From the NCBI RefSeq assembly GCF_021028975.2, contig NC_059436.1:58900001-58964000 (forward strand): a stretch of 64,000 nucleotides of DNA, read 5' to 3'. The notes beneath the pieces were generated by a model that saw only the letters and a program-made list of their open reading frames with translations, was not told the origin of the DNA and searched no databases. The DNA is from Sphaerodactylus townsendi. Its lineage: Eukaryota. The translations under genes were made by a program, and so were the position numbers. Shown piece by piece: positions 24,987 to 36,866 of this stretch; the stretch's first letter is position 1, and each line of letters starts with the position of its first letter.

Positions 24987-26812
24987 TACAACACAAGCCT
25001 TTATTGGCATACAAAACAGGACAAAATTTTAAAACAAAACAAGGTTAAGAAGCGCAGTTAAAGGATTCGCTACTAATTTCCAGTATGTACCTGCAACTGT
25101 CTCACAAAAGAGCAGCCATCAGAGCTGTTCAGGAGATTGGGTATCTTATAACACTCAGCTGCCACTGAGAACATTGCAAGAAAAAGATGCGAATTCATGT
25201 ATTTAATCGCGATCTTATTGTATTTAGGGCATAGAAACAGAGAATGGTCAAGTGTTTCCAACCGTAGTCATATCCACATGAACACACTCTTTGTAGAACT
25301 GCCCATATTCTTAAATCTTCCCTCCAGCAGAGCTGATATAGCACATGACATCTTGCAGTAGCTAAGGCTCTCCCTCTGGGTGGGATTAATCAGCCAGACC
25401 TAGAGATATGCTGCCATAATTCCCTTCCGCATGGTGGATTAAATAATGTAGTCGGAGAACAAGGGTTGTCTCTTGGCAAGTTAACGCAGTCAAATTATGA
25501 AAAATCAAGATCCAAGAGCCTATTATTCTTAACTAGTCTGAAGGCTTAGTTAACTTGAGGCCTCATGAATGCGGTTTAGATGTCTTTTTAACCTTTGTGA
25601 GCATATGAGTGATTCCAAGGGGAAACCAATAGCTTCAACCTTTCTAAAGATCAAAGTATACTATTCTGAAATAGTGATCTGATAACAGAGAGGGAATATA
25701 GCTATTGAATCCCACTAGAAAATTTATATGCAGCCAATATTTTGTGGCCCTTATCCATGGGAATGTCAACTCAATGCATGGCAGCTGTGAAAAAGGCAAA
25801 CTCTATGTTGGGGATAATTAGGAAAGGAATTGAGAATAAAACTGCAAAGATTGTCATGCCCTTATATAAAGCTGTGGTGCTAATCAAGCACTTGAGTACT
25901 GTGTTCAGTCTCTATCGCCACATCCTCAAAAAAGGATATCGAAGAGATAGAAAAAGTGCAGAGAAGGGCAACGAGGATGATTGAGGGACTGGAGCACCTT
26001 CCTTATGAGTAGAGGCTGCAGAGTTTGGGACTCTTTAGCTTGGAGAGGAGACGTCTGAGGATATGATTGAAGTCTATAAAATTATTATGCATGGGGTAGA
26101 ATGTTGACAGAGAGAATTTTTCTTCTCACAATACTAGAACCAGGGGGCATACATTGAAAATGCTGGGGGGAAGAATTAGGACTAATAAAAGGAAACACTT
26201 CTTCACGCAACGTGTGATTGGTGTTTGGAATATGCTACCACAGGAGGTGGTGATGGCCACTAACCTGGATAGCTTTAAAAGGGGCTTGGGCAGATTTATG
26301 GAGGAGAAGTCGATTTATGGCTACCAATCTTGATCCTCTTTGATCTGAGATTGCAAATGCCTTAACAGTCCAGGTGCTCGGGAGCAACAGCCACAGAAGG
26401 CCATTGCTTTCACATCCTGCATGTGAGATCCCAAAGGCACCTGGTGGGCCACTGCGAGTAGCAGAGAGCTGGACTAGATGGACTCTGGTCTGATCCAGCT
26501 GGCTTGTTCTTATGTTCTTATGTTCTTATGTTCTTATGTTCTTATGTTCATGCCAAAGTTTCTAGAGTTGTTTGGCCCATCTCTATGCACAACACAGCAT
26601 AAGGCACACATCTAGGGAGCCCCATTAGTTTTCGAAGGAATTTGGAATGTAATAAATTAAATGATTTATTTACTGCCGAAATCCAAATGGGGGAACCGTA
26701 CAGTAGCAAGGAGCCAATCGTAGGCTCAAAAACCTTCAAAGCCGCAGGAATGTATTGATTGCCTTTACTGTTAAAAAAGTGATATATTGCCATCATGTTG
26801 GTATGATACATG
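24987..26812 (-). mobile_element. 5'-truncated RTE-X-like LINE inside the Gypsy E chromodomain
   Basis: 14-bp TSD AGGCACAATGAAAT (24973-24986, 26813-26826); LLYGSPIW; ETLDHSLFLCPKY; AATAAA tail. Confidence 0.88.
25752..26547 (+). mobile_element. CR1 LINE 3' end
   Basis: AVKKANSMLGIIRKGIENK...PLYKA; (GTTCTTAT)n tail. Confidence 0.93.
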
Positions 26813-27361
26813 AGGCACAATGAAATGCTTTAATGAGGCGGGGGACTCTGATGTCATCTGCATTCACCCACTCATTCTGTCCAGGTGTATAGCCTTTCCA
26901 GGATACCAAGTGTTGCAAGTGGTTATGATAGATGTGAGAGTCCAGCACGTCCTGCACTTTGAAATGTTTGGCCCCATCAATACAATACATAGTCACATTC
27001 CTGCGAGTGGGGTGGGACTGTGTTGGGCTTCGGCCTGGTTGGGGCGGGGGGGGGGGGGGCTGTGAATCCTTTGACCAGTTTCTGTGGAGGGTGGTCGTGC
27101 GCAGCCGGCGGGGAGGGCCATATTGCTGTGTCTTGTCCTGCTAAAAGCACTCCAACCCCAGCTACTTCCACCCCAGTGGCTAAACCAGCCAAGCCATCTA
27201 AGCCGCCGCCGAAAGGGGGTGCCCATGCAGTGGCTCCCCACACTGATGGAGGGGATCAGCCAATTCCTTGGAAACCTCCCATGCCGGAACGGGTGAGTGA
27301 AGCTATCATCCTACCCCTTGTTCTGACTAACGGGCCTGGATGCCCAAAATTAGTGGTTCAA

Positions 27362-28993
27362 AATTAGATGGTATTCCTGGTCGGGTGTTAAAGGAATGCG
27401 CTAACCAACTGGCTGGTGTTTTTACTGGGATCTTTAATCGATCTTTATCCCAGTCCACCATTCCATCTTGTTTGAAGGCTTCCATCATTGTTCCACTACC
27501 AAAGAGATTTCCTGCTGACAATCTTCAGGATTATAGACCAGTGGCACTCACCCCCATCATCATGAAGTGTTTTGAAAAACTGGTCCATAGGCATATTAGT
27601 TCTTGCCTTCCAGATACATTTGATAAAGCGGCATCAGGTTCAAGCATATCGGACCAAAACAGATCTACGGAGGACGCCATTGTTACCATTAGTCTCCCCA
27701 CACTGCTTTGACGCATCTGGAAACAACAGGGGAATTATGTAACGAATGCTCTTCTGGACTTTAGTTCACTTATTTAATACGCTGTATCTTGCCACAAAGA
27801 CTGGTGACAGTAAACTTTGTGGGATCTTGGACTCTCAAGATTTCAATCTGTTTTGTGGATTAAAGGGGACTTCTTGTCTAGGACGATCCCAGAGGGTTAG
27901 AGCTACAGGAAGATCGGGTTTCCTCAGTTCTTACTTCCTAAATATGGGAATGCCACAGGGTTGTGTGTTGAGTCCCTTTATTGTTCTCCCCTCCTTTATA
28001 TACATATAGATTGTACTCCTGTCTATCATAGGTAAATACCACCATTATCAAATTTGCCGCATTGACCTTAATAACGGTGGGTGGGGCTCATCTCTGGAGG
28101 GGATGAGTCTGCCTATCGGTGCGAGGTGGTAATTCCGACTGCTCTCATGGTGCAGTGGAAAATAACCCTGGTTCTTAATACTAAACAAGACAAAAGAGCT
28201 TATAGTGGACTATAGAAGGGGAATAGTTCAGAAATTCAGCCTCTTGGACTATAAATGGACATCAGAAGTAGGCGGGTAGGCTAGTTTTAAATTTCCTGGT
28301 GTTATGATTAAAGAGGACTTAACCTGGGGCATACAGACTGGCCGCTGTGGTTGAAGAAGGCTCCAGCAAAGAACTGTACTTTCATTCTGAGGACTTTGCT
28401 AAGGAAAGCTAACAACTGGATGGAAAACTCCTCTGAGGGTGTCCTTTACCGGCTGTGCTATAGAGAGTGTCTTAACCTACTGCATCTGTGTGTTTGGTTC
28501 TCCAGTTGCACAGTGGCAGATGAGGAGAGGCGCTCCAAAGGGTGATCTACTACCGCACAAAGGATTATCGGCTGCCCTCTTCCCTCACTTGGAAGAAATC
28601 TATATAATTCTCAAGTTTTCCAAAAAAAAAGCCCAAAATATTCTGATAGGATCCGCCTCATCCAGCACACTCTCTTTTTGAACCAAGCTACTGCATCTGG
28701 TAGGCGATACAGGACTATCAAATCTAGGACAAAGAGGCTTAGAGACAGCTTTTACTCTAGAGCTGTGGCTATGCTAAACTCCCCGGCTTCATGTTGATGT
28801 GTTTGGGGCTGTGTAGGGATGGGTGGAGGAAGGGGGAAGTGAGGATGATGTATGAGTCTGAAAGTGTATGAGTATGATGTATTGTATGAAATTGTATGAG
28901 TATGATGTATGAGTCTGAAATTGTGTGCATCGAGGAATGCTGCTGTAAATTTCGTTGTGTGTGCACAATGACAATAAATGCTTATGCTTATGC
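27362..28993 (+). mobile_element. 5'-truncated Rex1/Babar LINE
   Basis: DGIPGRVLKECANQLAGVFT, DYRPVALTPIIMKCFEKLV, PQGCVLSP, IESVLTY; AATAAA plus (TGCTTA)n tail; TTCAA on both sides. Confidence 0.9.
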
Positions 28994-29649
28994 TTCAAGC
29001 CCTAGTTGAATAGGCTGCTCTCATTGTTTAATACACCCCCGTTTGGTGGAAGCACTTGGTCTGCAGCCTGTTTTATTAACAGAGACTATTCGGTTTGACC
29101 AAATGGACGGCAGTCCTCTGGGCGACGCACCCGTTACTTCTTGCACCCCAAAGATTCTGGCCAATTGTGAGGGGCATTGGGAATGCTGTAGCTTTATACA
29201 ATAGACCTTTATTGGCATAAGATACAAAAGCGTGATTATAGACCATCACTAAATTTAAAAGAGTTGTACATGGCGTCTATGAGTAGTTTTACATTCTAAA
29301 ATCACACTTCATTTATAAAAATAACGTAGATTAAAAAATTTTGTCCATTCCATTGTACACGGGATTGTGAACAGGTATAGTAAAACTACACTTAAAAGAC
29401 AGGATTAAGATATTCGTTATTCATAGCCTATTTACTAAAAAGGTATAGCCTTCCCCAAGATCTATAAATTGTATATACTAATTAATACTATAAATTAATT
29501 AAATTTCCATAAAATGCAATAAATAACAGTGAGCTCCTTATAAACACCTTCTAAAATACCCCAGGAGTATCAGAGGTGTGGAGTATTTCACATTTAAATA
29601 GTTTTGTACTTGCCTATTTTACATACCTCTTAGGGACATGACTTGCAGC

Positions 29650-32600
29650 AAATAATTGGCTATTCTCCCAAGTATAGAAGGATTATTACTGTTTAACAAT
29701 TTTGGGATTGATATTTTGGGGGGCACATTTCCCATTATCCAATTTGGTAAGTACTAAAAGAAGCTTCCCTCTGGGGATTATATTTTTGGGCAATAAGTAA
29801 CATAAAATGTGGTCCAATCGTTTCCACATAACTTAATGGTGGGACAGAAAGGAGCATAGTCCTATGTGATAGAGGCCGCTTCTCAATCCCGGCTCTTTAC
29901 AAAAGAGGCAGGAGGGAAAAAACATTGCATCCTGGTCTCGAGTCAGTACCCTAAAAGCCGTTGTTTAGAATCCGGGATTTGTAGCATTAAGTATTTGTGT
30001 GCCATCGTGCCAGGCTCAGTGGTTTATACCAAAGTACAATGGGGAGCATGTTGTTGTTGCACGATTAAGGATTGCTAGATGTTGATATCTCCCTGATCCT
30101 TCATATAATAGTCTAAAGTTTCGGTAATTAGGTTATATATTTGTTGGGGGTCCTTCAATACCAACTCCTCTAATGAGAAACCCAATGAATTGAGTTTACC
30201 ATTGATTATATTCCACAACTCTAAGCTTTGGACCTCAACTAAAGCCCTATGCAGTAGGCTTCCGTGTTGTAGCTTGAAAAGCATATCTTTATCCAAAACT
30301 TTAAAGGGTAAGTAGCCCAGAAGCCCTGGTAGTTAATAAGGTGCATGCCCGCTACCAAGCATAGCACCCCATAGTAAGGCCACACAATGTGGGACTCCAA
30401 ATATTTTGTAAGAGAAATGCTGATTGTACCTTTTTCAACCGCTTGTTGGACCAAAGCGGTAATCCAGATGGAACCTCGGTAAAGGAGTTGTTTGCAAGAC
30501 TTTTTTTGGCCTGGAAGACCTTTTGAAAATAGCAGAGGGAATATGGCTTTTGGCCTTTGGAGTAGAAAAAAAGTTATTCCACTGCATTTATTGTGACCAG
30601 TATCCCTTTCCACCGCTGGCATTTCTATGAGTGTACCCATGTTGGTGTTGAATTCCCCAAGATGGATCCTCTAGGTATTTCGTTATGATTTAACCTGTTC
30701 TATGTCCTTTCCGTGCCTATAGACCATTTATGGATTTTAGTAGTCTATTCAGAAAAGACCATTGATTTTTTAGGTTTTTCGCAAGTGGTATTGATAATAT
30801 TTGCTAAAGAAGCTGTTAGTTTGTGCAATTCTCGCGCACATTTACATTTGACCATAAGAAGGTTTGAGAATCCAGCTCTAGTTCTTGAGAGTAGAATTGC
30901 ATCATCCTGTATAAAGCAGGATGGGAGTTGGGATGTTACTCTTAGACTGGACAACATGTGTTTATTTGCTGTTAAAGTTGGAGCCAAATCATTTAGAAAC
31001 AGATTAAAACAACGTGAGGGCCAAAATACACTTCTTGTTTTTTTACACCGGGTTGTTGTTAAAATTTTTGGAGTGAGTTATTCTCCTCTTGTGCACACCT
31101 TCACCTGGGAATAAGATTTTATAGGTGTAATAGTCTTATCAAAGAGAGTAGTCTATTTTCTTAGCAATTCCCCAGTAAGGGTTCAAGTTTTTTAAGCCAT
31201 AGAGCTTGTTTCTTTTCAATGCAGCACAGATGAGAGATCGAACGCCCCCTGTAAATCAAGAAAGGCAATATATACAGTTTGGAGCGACCTCTTCCTGATG
31301 TCATTTAGCTCAGGAAAAAGGAATTAGAATCAAGGAGTAAACAATGATGTTCAACGTAGCAAATTACCCTTTCCTAAAACCAATGTGTTCTAAGCTACCT
31401 AATGACATTTTATTCTGCTCAATCCACTTTTGTAGGCGATTGAGCAGGAGACTTTGCATACAATTTGCACCATACCTGCTACTGATAACAGGCTAATTGG
31501 CTCTCTATAAGGAAGGTGTAGCGCAGTGGTAACCGTTAGGATCCTACCTTTCTTATAAATTGGAACAATAACAGCCATTGGTCCTCAAATCCCCAGCATT
31601 TACTGCCACGTGTTAGTGATCTCGGTGAAAGAGAGTTTTTTGCTAATACTCAGGTGACCCACTTCAGTCCACATGATTCTCTTTAAATCTCGGAAATTTC
31701 TGGGGGGGGAGCTGGTCAGGTCCAGATGATTTATAAGGTTTTAGATGTCTAATAAGATTTTTTTATTTCTAACTCCGTGACTGGTGGCCAAAAGGGTTCA
31801 CTGATCAAATAGTCAATGTCAGGAGGTGAAGTTTCCGCAGACAGTCCCTGGAAATATTGACTAAAATAATCAAACCATTGACTTGGACGTATAGTGTTAC
31901 AGAGGGAAGAGTGACTGCTCGTTCTTTTGGCTACTATCTGGCAAAATTTCCTGGTATTCTTATCTCTCGCTGCTCGTATAAGAGCATCCCATTCATCTTG
32001 TACATCCCATTCATCTTTAAGTGATTGTGTTGGAGACGATGTGCTAATGCAGATTTTAAAGCAAAATAGTCAGTTGGAAGATTGACTTCATTGGTTGTAG
32101 TATGTTCAGAGTAGATATTTCTTAGCTGGACCTTTATTCCTCAACATTCATCATCAAATATTGCTTTCTTATGTCCGTCCTGATATTGTATATTGCTTGT
32201 CTTTTGTCCCTCCATATAATCAGCTATGTGTCTCACCAGATTGTCATATTTCTCTATGAGTACAGAAGGTGACTCGGAAGTTAAAATTTGCTGTTTGAGT
32301 TCTTTCATTTTTGGCATGGCAAAAAAAGTGTTAAACTTCAATCGAAAGGATTTGTTCCAACGTACTATTGGTAAAGTGCAGTTGGTTTCTGTATTCTCCA
32401 GTATGTCAGGAGCCTCAGAGAGAAGTGTTAATTTGAGTGGTAAATGATCACTCCATGTTTGATGACTAATTTGATAGTTGACAATATATTGAAAAATGGG
32501 CTGGGAAACCAGAATATGATCTGGAGAACTACAACCACGAGATGAAAGATACGTGTATTCTCCTGCGTTTTGAAATTTGGTTAATCCTGTGAGATTGATT

Positions 32601-33211
32601 AAATCAAAATATAAGCTTAATAAAGTAAGTTGGTCACCTGCTGCATTTCGAATTTGGTCTTTGCATCTTCTTCTCAATGCAAAGTGCCATGGGAGAGATT
32701 CTATATCTAAATCCATGTATTGCTGTAAATATGCTTCATTATCACCAAGTCTGGCATTCCAGTCTCCTGCTAATATTAAAGATGCCTGAGGATGTTGAGA
32801 TAATATATCCTGTAAATATTCTGTGAATTTGTCCCAATGACACTTAATTTCATCTTTCGTTGATCCAGGTGGGATATATATATTAATTAATATCCATGGG
32901 GGGGACTTATCCCTCAGTATAAGCACGTGAGCAATTTGGTCACAGTGTGGACCAGTATTGTAGGATAATCGTCTCTCAGCTTTGAGTAATATTGCCAAAC
33001 CTGCCTGGTATCTTCCTTTTCCACTTATTCTGTATGCTGGCAGTGGGATTGTGATGTAATTTCTGAGGTGGGGAGTACCCGGGTCCCAGGTTTCTTGGAG
33101 ACAGATAATGTCATATCTTGATAAAAAACTAATTACATCTGGGTTGTAGGATTTACTGCGCCATCCTGCAACATTCCAGGAAAGTATTTTTAAAGTTGAT
33201 GGAGAACTTAG
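29650..33211 (-). pseudogene. LINE ORF2: APE endonuclease open 33211-32141; RT region frameshifted (possibly sequence errors)
   Basis: Manual translation from 33211: LSSPSTLKILSWNVAGWRSK...CLQETW..., continuing into ORF 32141-32998. Confidence 0.85.
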
Positions 33212-34816
33212 TCAATCTTCATGATGTATTTCATCCAAGGTCCTGGTGGGATCGAAGAACACACATCCATTTGGGCTATTCTCATGGAGTCTTAATCCCG
33301 TTTGGGGTTTATTATCAAATTCATACTCCCGATCAAAGGGTGCGATTTTCTGTGCATTATTCTGTGTATTCGGTATATTATCTCTGATCTCGTGAGAGAT
33401 ACCATAATTCCCATCTATAGGTGGGTCAATTCCAGGGCTCTTCTTTGATGATTGACACTCCATAGGGACTGCTTGTGTAGATGAAGGGAATATATGTTGA
33501 ATTTCAGCAAGTTCTTGTGCCCACGATTTCCCTGTTTTTTTGTCCTCTTGAGCATAATTTAACACTCGGCTTGGCCATCTATCAATTTCCAACTCAGGGA
33601 ATGGTATTGTGCGGATCTCTTGCCCAACCAACTTTGGGCTAGAGGGTTTGTTGTTTTTGTCTGCTGGCGATAACATAACTAATAAAAGGGAGGGTTCTAA
33701 GCTATTTGCTAGAACTCTTTGTGGCTTGCACATCTTTGAAGTGTCCATGGTGCTCCTTTCTGGACTCAAGCATGTTGCATCATGCCTATTAAGAATGCGA
33801 TTTTGCTCCCTTTCCTTCTCCAATTCCATCCCATGAAAGTCTTGCATACCGATCACCCTTTCCTGCGTTTGTTTCTTTGCGCTGGGACTAGGATGCTTCA
33901 TTACTTCCTTAGCCGGCTGCATTCCTGTCTTGTAAATGTCTGTTTCCTTATCGAGTTCCAAGGTAGTTTTATTCTCATGCCTTTTTTGTGTGGATGATTT
34001 CTTGTAGATTAATGGTTGTATGATGGTATTTTTAAAAACCCGGGATGGAATCAAGCCTTTAGATACTAACCGAGCTCTTCTGTGCAATAGCTTTGCAGGA
34101 ATTCTAGATGAATTAAAAGTTAGCAAGACTCTCAATTGATGATTTCCATTGTCCATCATTTCTATTGAGCGTAGATTAACATAATGCATATCTTCTTTTA
34201 GTAATATGCTAAGATGGTGCTTAGCCAAATAAATTTTACTCCAGTCAGGGACTATGCCTCTGTATTTACCAATGGTTAAACAGATTTTATTGGGTAAGAA
34301 TAGCAGGTTGCAGGCATTGCTGTCTGGTCTGCTTTTCTGATGGGGTTTGAGGCTTGTGCCTTTAATAGGAGTGGTCTTGATGGGACTAGTCTGAGGCTTG
34401 CTTTGAGCTGTTAAATGGTCTTCAGTGCGTTCTTGCTTTTTGGCGTCCATTATTGCATTCATTTTGCCATTTAACAGTTTAAGCTCATTATATATGTATT
34501 CAACTGTCCCCACTAAGAGAGACACAAGGCTAACTAATTCTTGCCTGTCGTCTGATAGCATAATATTACTGGCTGCACTCCCAGTTGCAGTAATTGGTGC
34601 ATTCTGCTCATTTGTAGTTTTACTAGTAGACATTCCTGTTTCAATTTCTTCTGATAAGCTTTCAAGGGAGTTTTCATCTCCCAACACTGAATCATTATCA
34701 GCTAACGCCTCATAACGATTTGCTATTGGGATTTGGAAAAAGTCCCGTATTTTAGGTTGTTTAGAAATGGGAGGAGAGGTCTCATCTTTCTCTCTGGTCC
34801 GTTTTTTACTCCCCAT
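33212..34816 (-). CDS. LINE ORF1 protein, 534 aa from the first ATG, intact
   Basis: Uninterrupted ORF; basic N-terminus MGSKKRTREK; IPIANRYEAL motif; short coiled-coil-like segment. Confidence 0.8.
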   Translation of the reverse strand: MGSKKRTREKDETSPPISKQPKIRDFFQIPIANRYEALADNDSVLGDENSLESLSEEIETGMSTSKTTNEQNAPITATGSAASNIMLSDDRQELVSLVSLLVGTVEYIYNELKLLNGKMNAIMDAKKQERTEDHLTAQSKPQTSPIKTTPIKGTSLKPHQKSRPDSNACNLLFLPNKICLTIGKYRGIVPDWSKIYLAKHHLSILLKEDMHYVNLRSIEMMDNGNHQLRVLLTFNSSRIPAKLLHRRARLVSKGLIPSRVFKNTIIQPLIYKKSSTQKRHENKTTLELDKETDIYKTGMQPAKEVMKHPSPSAKKQTQERVIGMQDFHGMELEKEREQNRILNRHDATCLSPERSTMDTSKMCKPQRVLANSLEPSLLLVMLSPADKNNKPSSPKLVGQEIRTIPFPELEIDRWPSRVLNYAQEDKKTGKSWAQELAEIQHIFPSSTQAVPMECQSSKKSPGIDPPIDGNYGISHEIRDNIPNTQNNAQKIAPFDREYEFDNKPQTGLRLHENSPNGCVFFDPTRTLDEIHHED

Positions 34817-36866
34817 TTTAAGTGAGCTGTTCTTCACAAGAGGTGTAGAAATTTAGAAAGTTATAAATAGCTGATAAGAAAAGAAAATAACAAGCCTTAT
34901 TGGAGCTAGTTTTCGTGCTGCCGCTCCCAGGATGCCGGACTGAAGTTTGGTGGAAGCACTTGGTCTGCAGCCTGTTTTATTAACAGAGACTATTCGGTTT
35001 GACCAAATGGACGGCAGTCCTCTGGGCGACGCACCCGTTACTTCTTGCACCCCAAAGATTCTGGCCAATTGTGAGGGGCATTGGGAATGCCGTAGCTTTA
35101 TAATTGCTCCCATATCTCAGTACCCCGTGATATTGGGATTGTCTTGGCTTATGGATCATGACCCGTCAGTGAAATGGTCTCAACGTGTTTTGCCTTTTAC
35201 CGATCCACATGAGCCCTGATCCTGAATACTTGCTTCATCCACCTGAGGGGCTCACTTGCGCAGTCTCAACCTTCTATTGACCCTGACATTCCCCTGCCGT
35301 ACCGGGATTTATGGCAGGTTTTCGAGGAGACTGAGTGTAATACCTTGCCACCCCATTATGAGACTGATTGTAAAATAGAGCTGGTTCCTGGAGCTAAGCT
35401 GCCAAAGGGTCGACTTTACCCTACGAGTCCTGCGGAGGCTGCTGAACTGCGGGCGTTCTTGGCTAAGAATTTGGTGCGTGGGTTCATCCGGAGGGCGCCC
35501 AGCAGTTTTGCCGCCCCAGTGCTGTTTGTTAAGAAGGACGGTTCTTTATGGCTGTGCACTGATTACAGAAGTCTCAACACGGTTTCTGCCTCTAACAAAT
35601 ACCCGTTGCCCCTCATTAAGGATTTACTTGCAAATTTTGGTTCCGGGTGCATTTTTACAAATTGGACTTACATGAAGCTTATTACCGGGTGCGGATGGCT
35701 GAGGGCCACGAACATTTGACTGTGTTTAATACTTGTTATGGACAATATGAATATTTAATTATGCCCTTTGGGCTCGCAGGGGCATCGTCTGTGTTCCAAA
35801 GCCTGATCAATGGAATTCTCAATGATTTGTTGTTTAAAGGCGTTGTTGTTTATTTGGATGATGTGCTGATTTATTCCAAAGATGAACAATCTCACATTGC
35901 TCTAGTTCATGAGGTTTTGTCCCGATTGTTAGCAAACTCCCTGTATGTAAAACTCTCTAAATGTGCTTTTCATAAGCCTCAGTTGGATTTTTTGGGCTAC
36001 CGCATTTTTGCCACTGGTTTGGAAATGGACCCTGCCAAGGTGGCTGATGTTACAGCTTGGACTCCTCCTAGAACTCGCAAACAACTCCAGTCTTTCCTAG
36101 GTTTCACCAATTTCTACTGTGATTTCATCCCTCACTTTCCCCCTTTGGTGCTCCCTCTAACGGACCTTCTGCGCACCAAGGGGGGGGCGTCGGCTTCCCG
36201 CCCTGGTGCTCCTTTGACTTGGAGCCCTGCTTGCCAGTGTGCGTTTGATTCCCTGAAGGGTGCTTTCACCTCTGAACCTGTTCTCGCCCACCCCAATCCC
36301 TCCTTGCCTTTTATTGTCCATGTTGATGCTTTGGATAAAGCTTTGGGGGCTGCCCTACTTCAGCAAGGGCCTTCACCCCTGTGCTTACCTCTCCCGCAAG
36401 TTCTCAGGTGCTGAACTGAATTGGACTGTTGGTGATAAGGAAACCTGTGCTATTAAGGTTGATCTCACTGTTTGGAGGCATTTCTTAGAGGGAGCGGAGC
36501 ACCCCTTCAAGGTCTGGACTGATCATAAAAATCTGGCTGCTCTCTGCTCCCTGGGCCAGCTTTCTGCCAAACAACTTCATTGGGCAGACTTTTTCACGCG
36601 CTTTCGTTTTACAGTTCATTTCTTCCCGGGCAAAACCAACTGTTTGGCTGACGCCCTTTCCTGCTTGCCAGAGGGGGAGGAGCACAAGGTGGATTTTTCA
36701 TTCTCCTGCACTATTCTCTCCCCCTCCCACTTGGGCTTGGCTGTTATCCGGTTGCAGGTGAAGACAGAGCCCCCACCATCAGTTTCTCCTCCCAGCCACC
36801 TCCTCTCCGCTTTCTTGGAGGCTGGAAAGTCCCCGGTTCCTTTGGAGGAGGGTGGTGATGGGTTGG

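Larger units (their letters stand above)
24666..26981 (-). mobile_element. Gypsy E: 3' LTR (24666-24932), PPT and chromodomain, split by a LINE
   Basis: TGTCA...TGACA; PPT AGGGGAAGCGGAAA; ORF 26793-26996 VQDVLDSH...VSWKGY...NEW. Confidence 0.85.
29199..34944 (-). mobile_element. Full-length RTE-X-like LINE (5'UTR, ORF1, APE-RT ORF2, 3'UTR)
   Basis: Long ORF1; APE motifs SWNVAG, CLQETW, GDWNAR, SDHLP; RT remnants; AATAAAGG end; clade assignment is from motif recall only. Confidence 0.9.
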
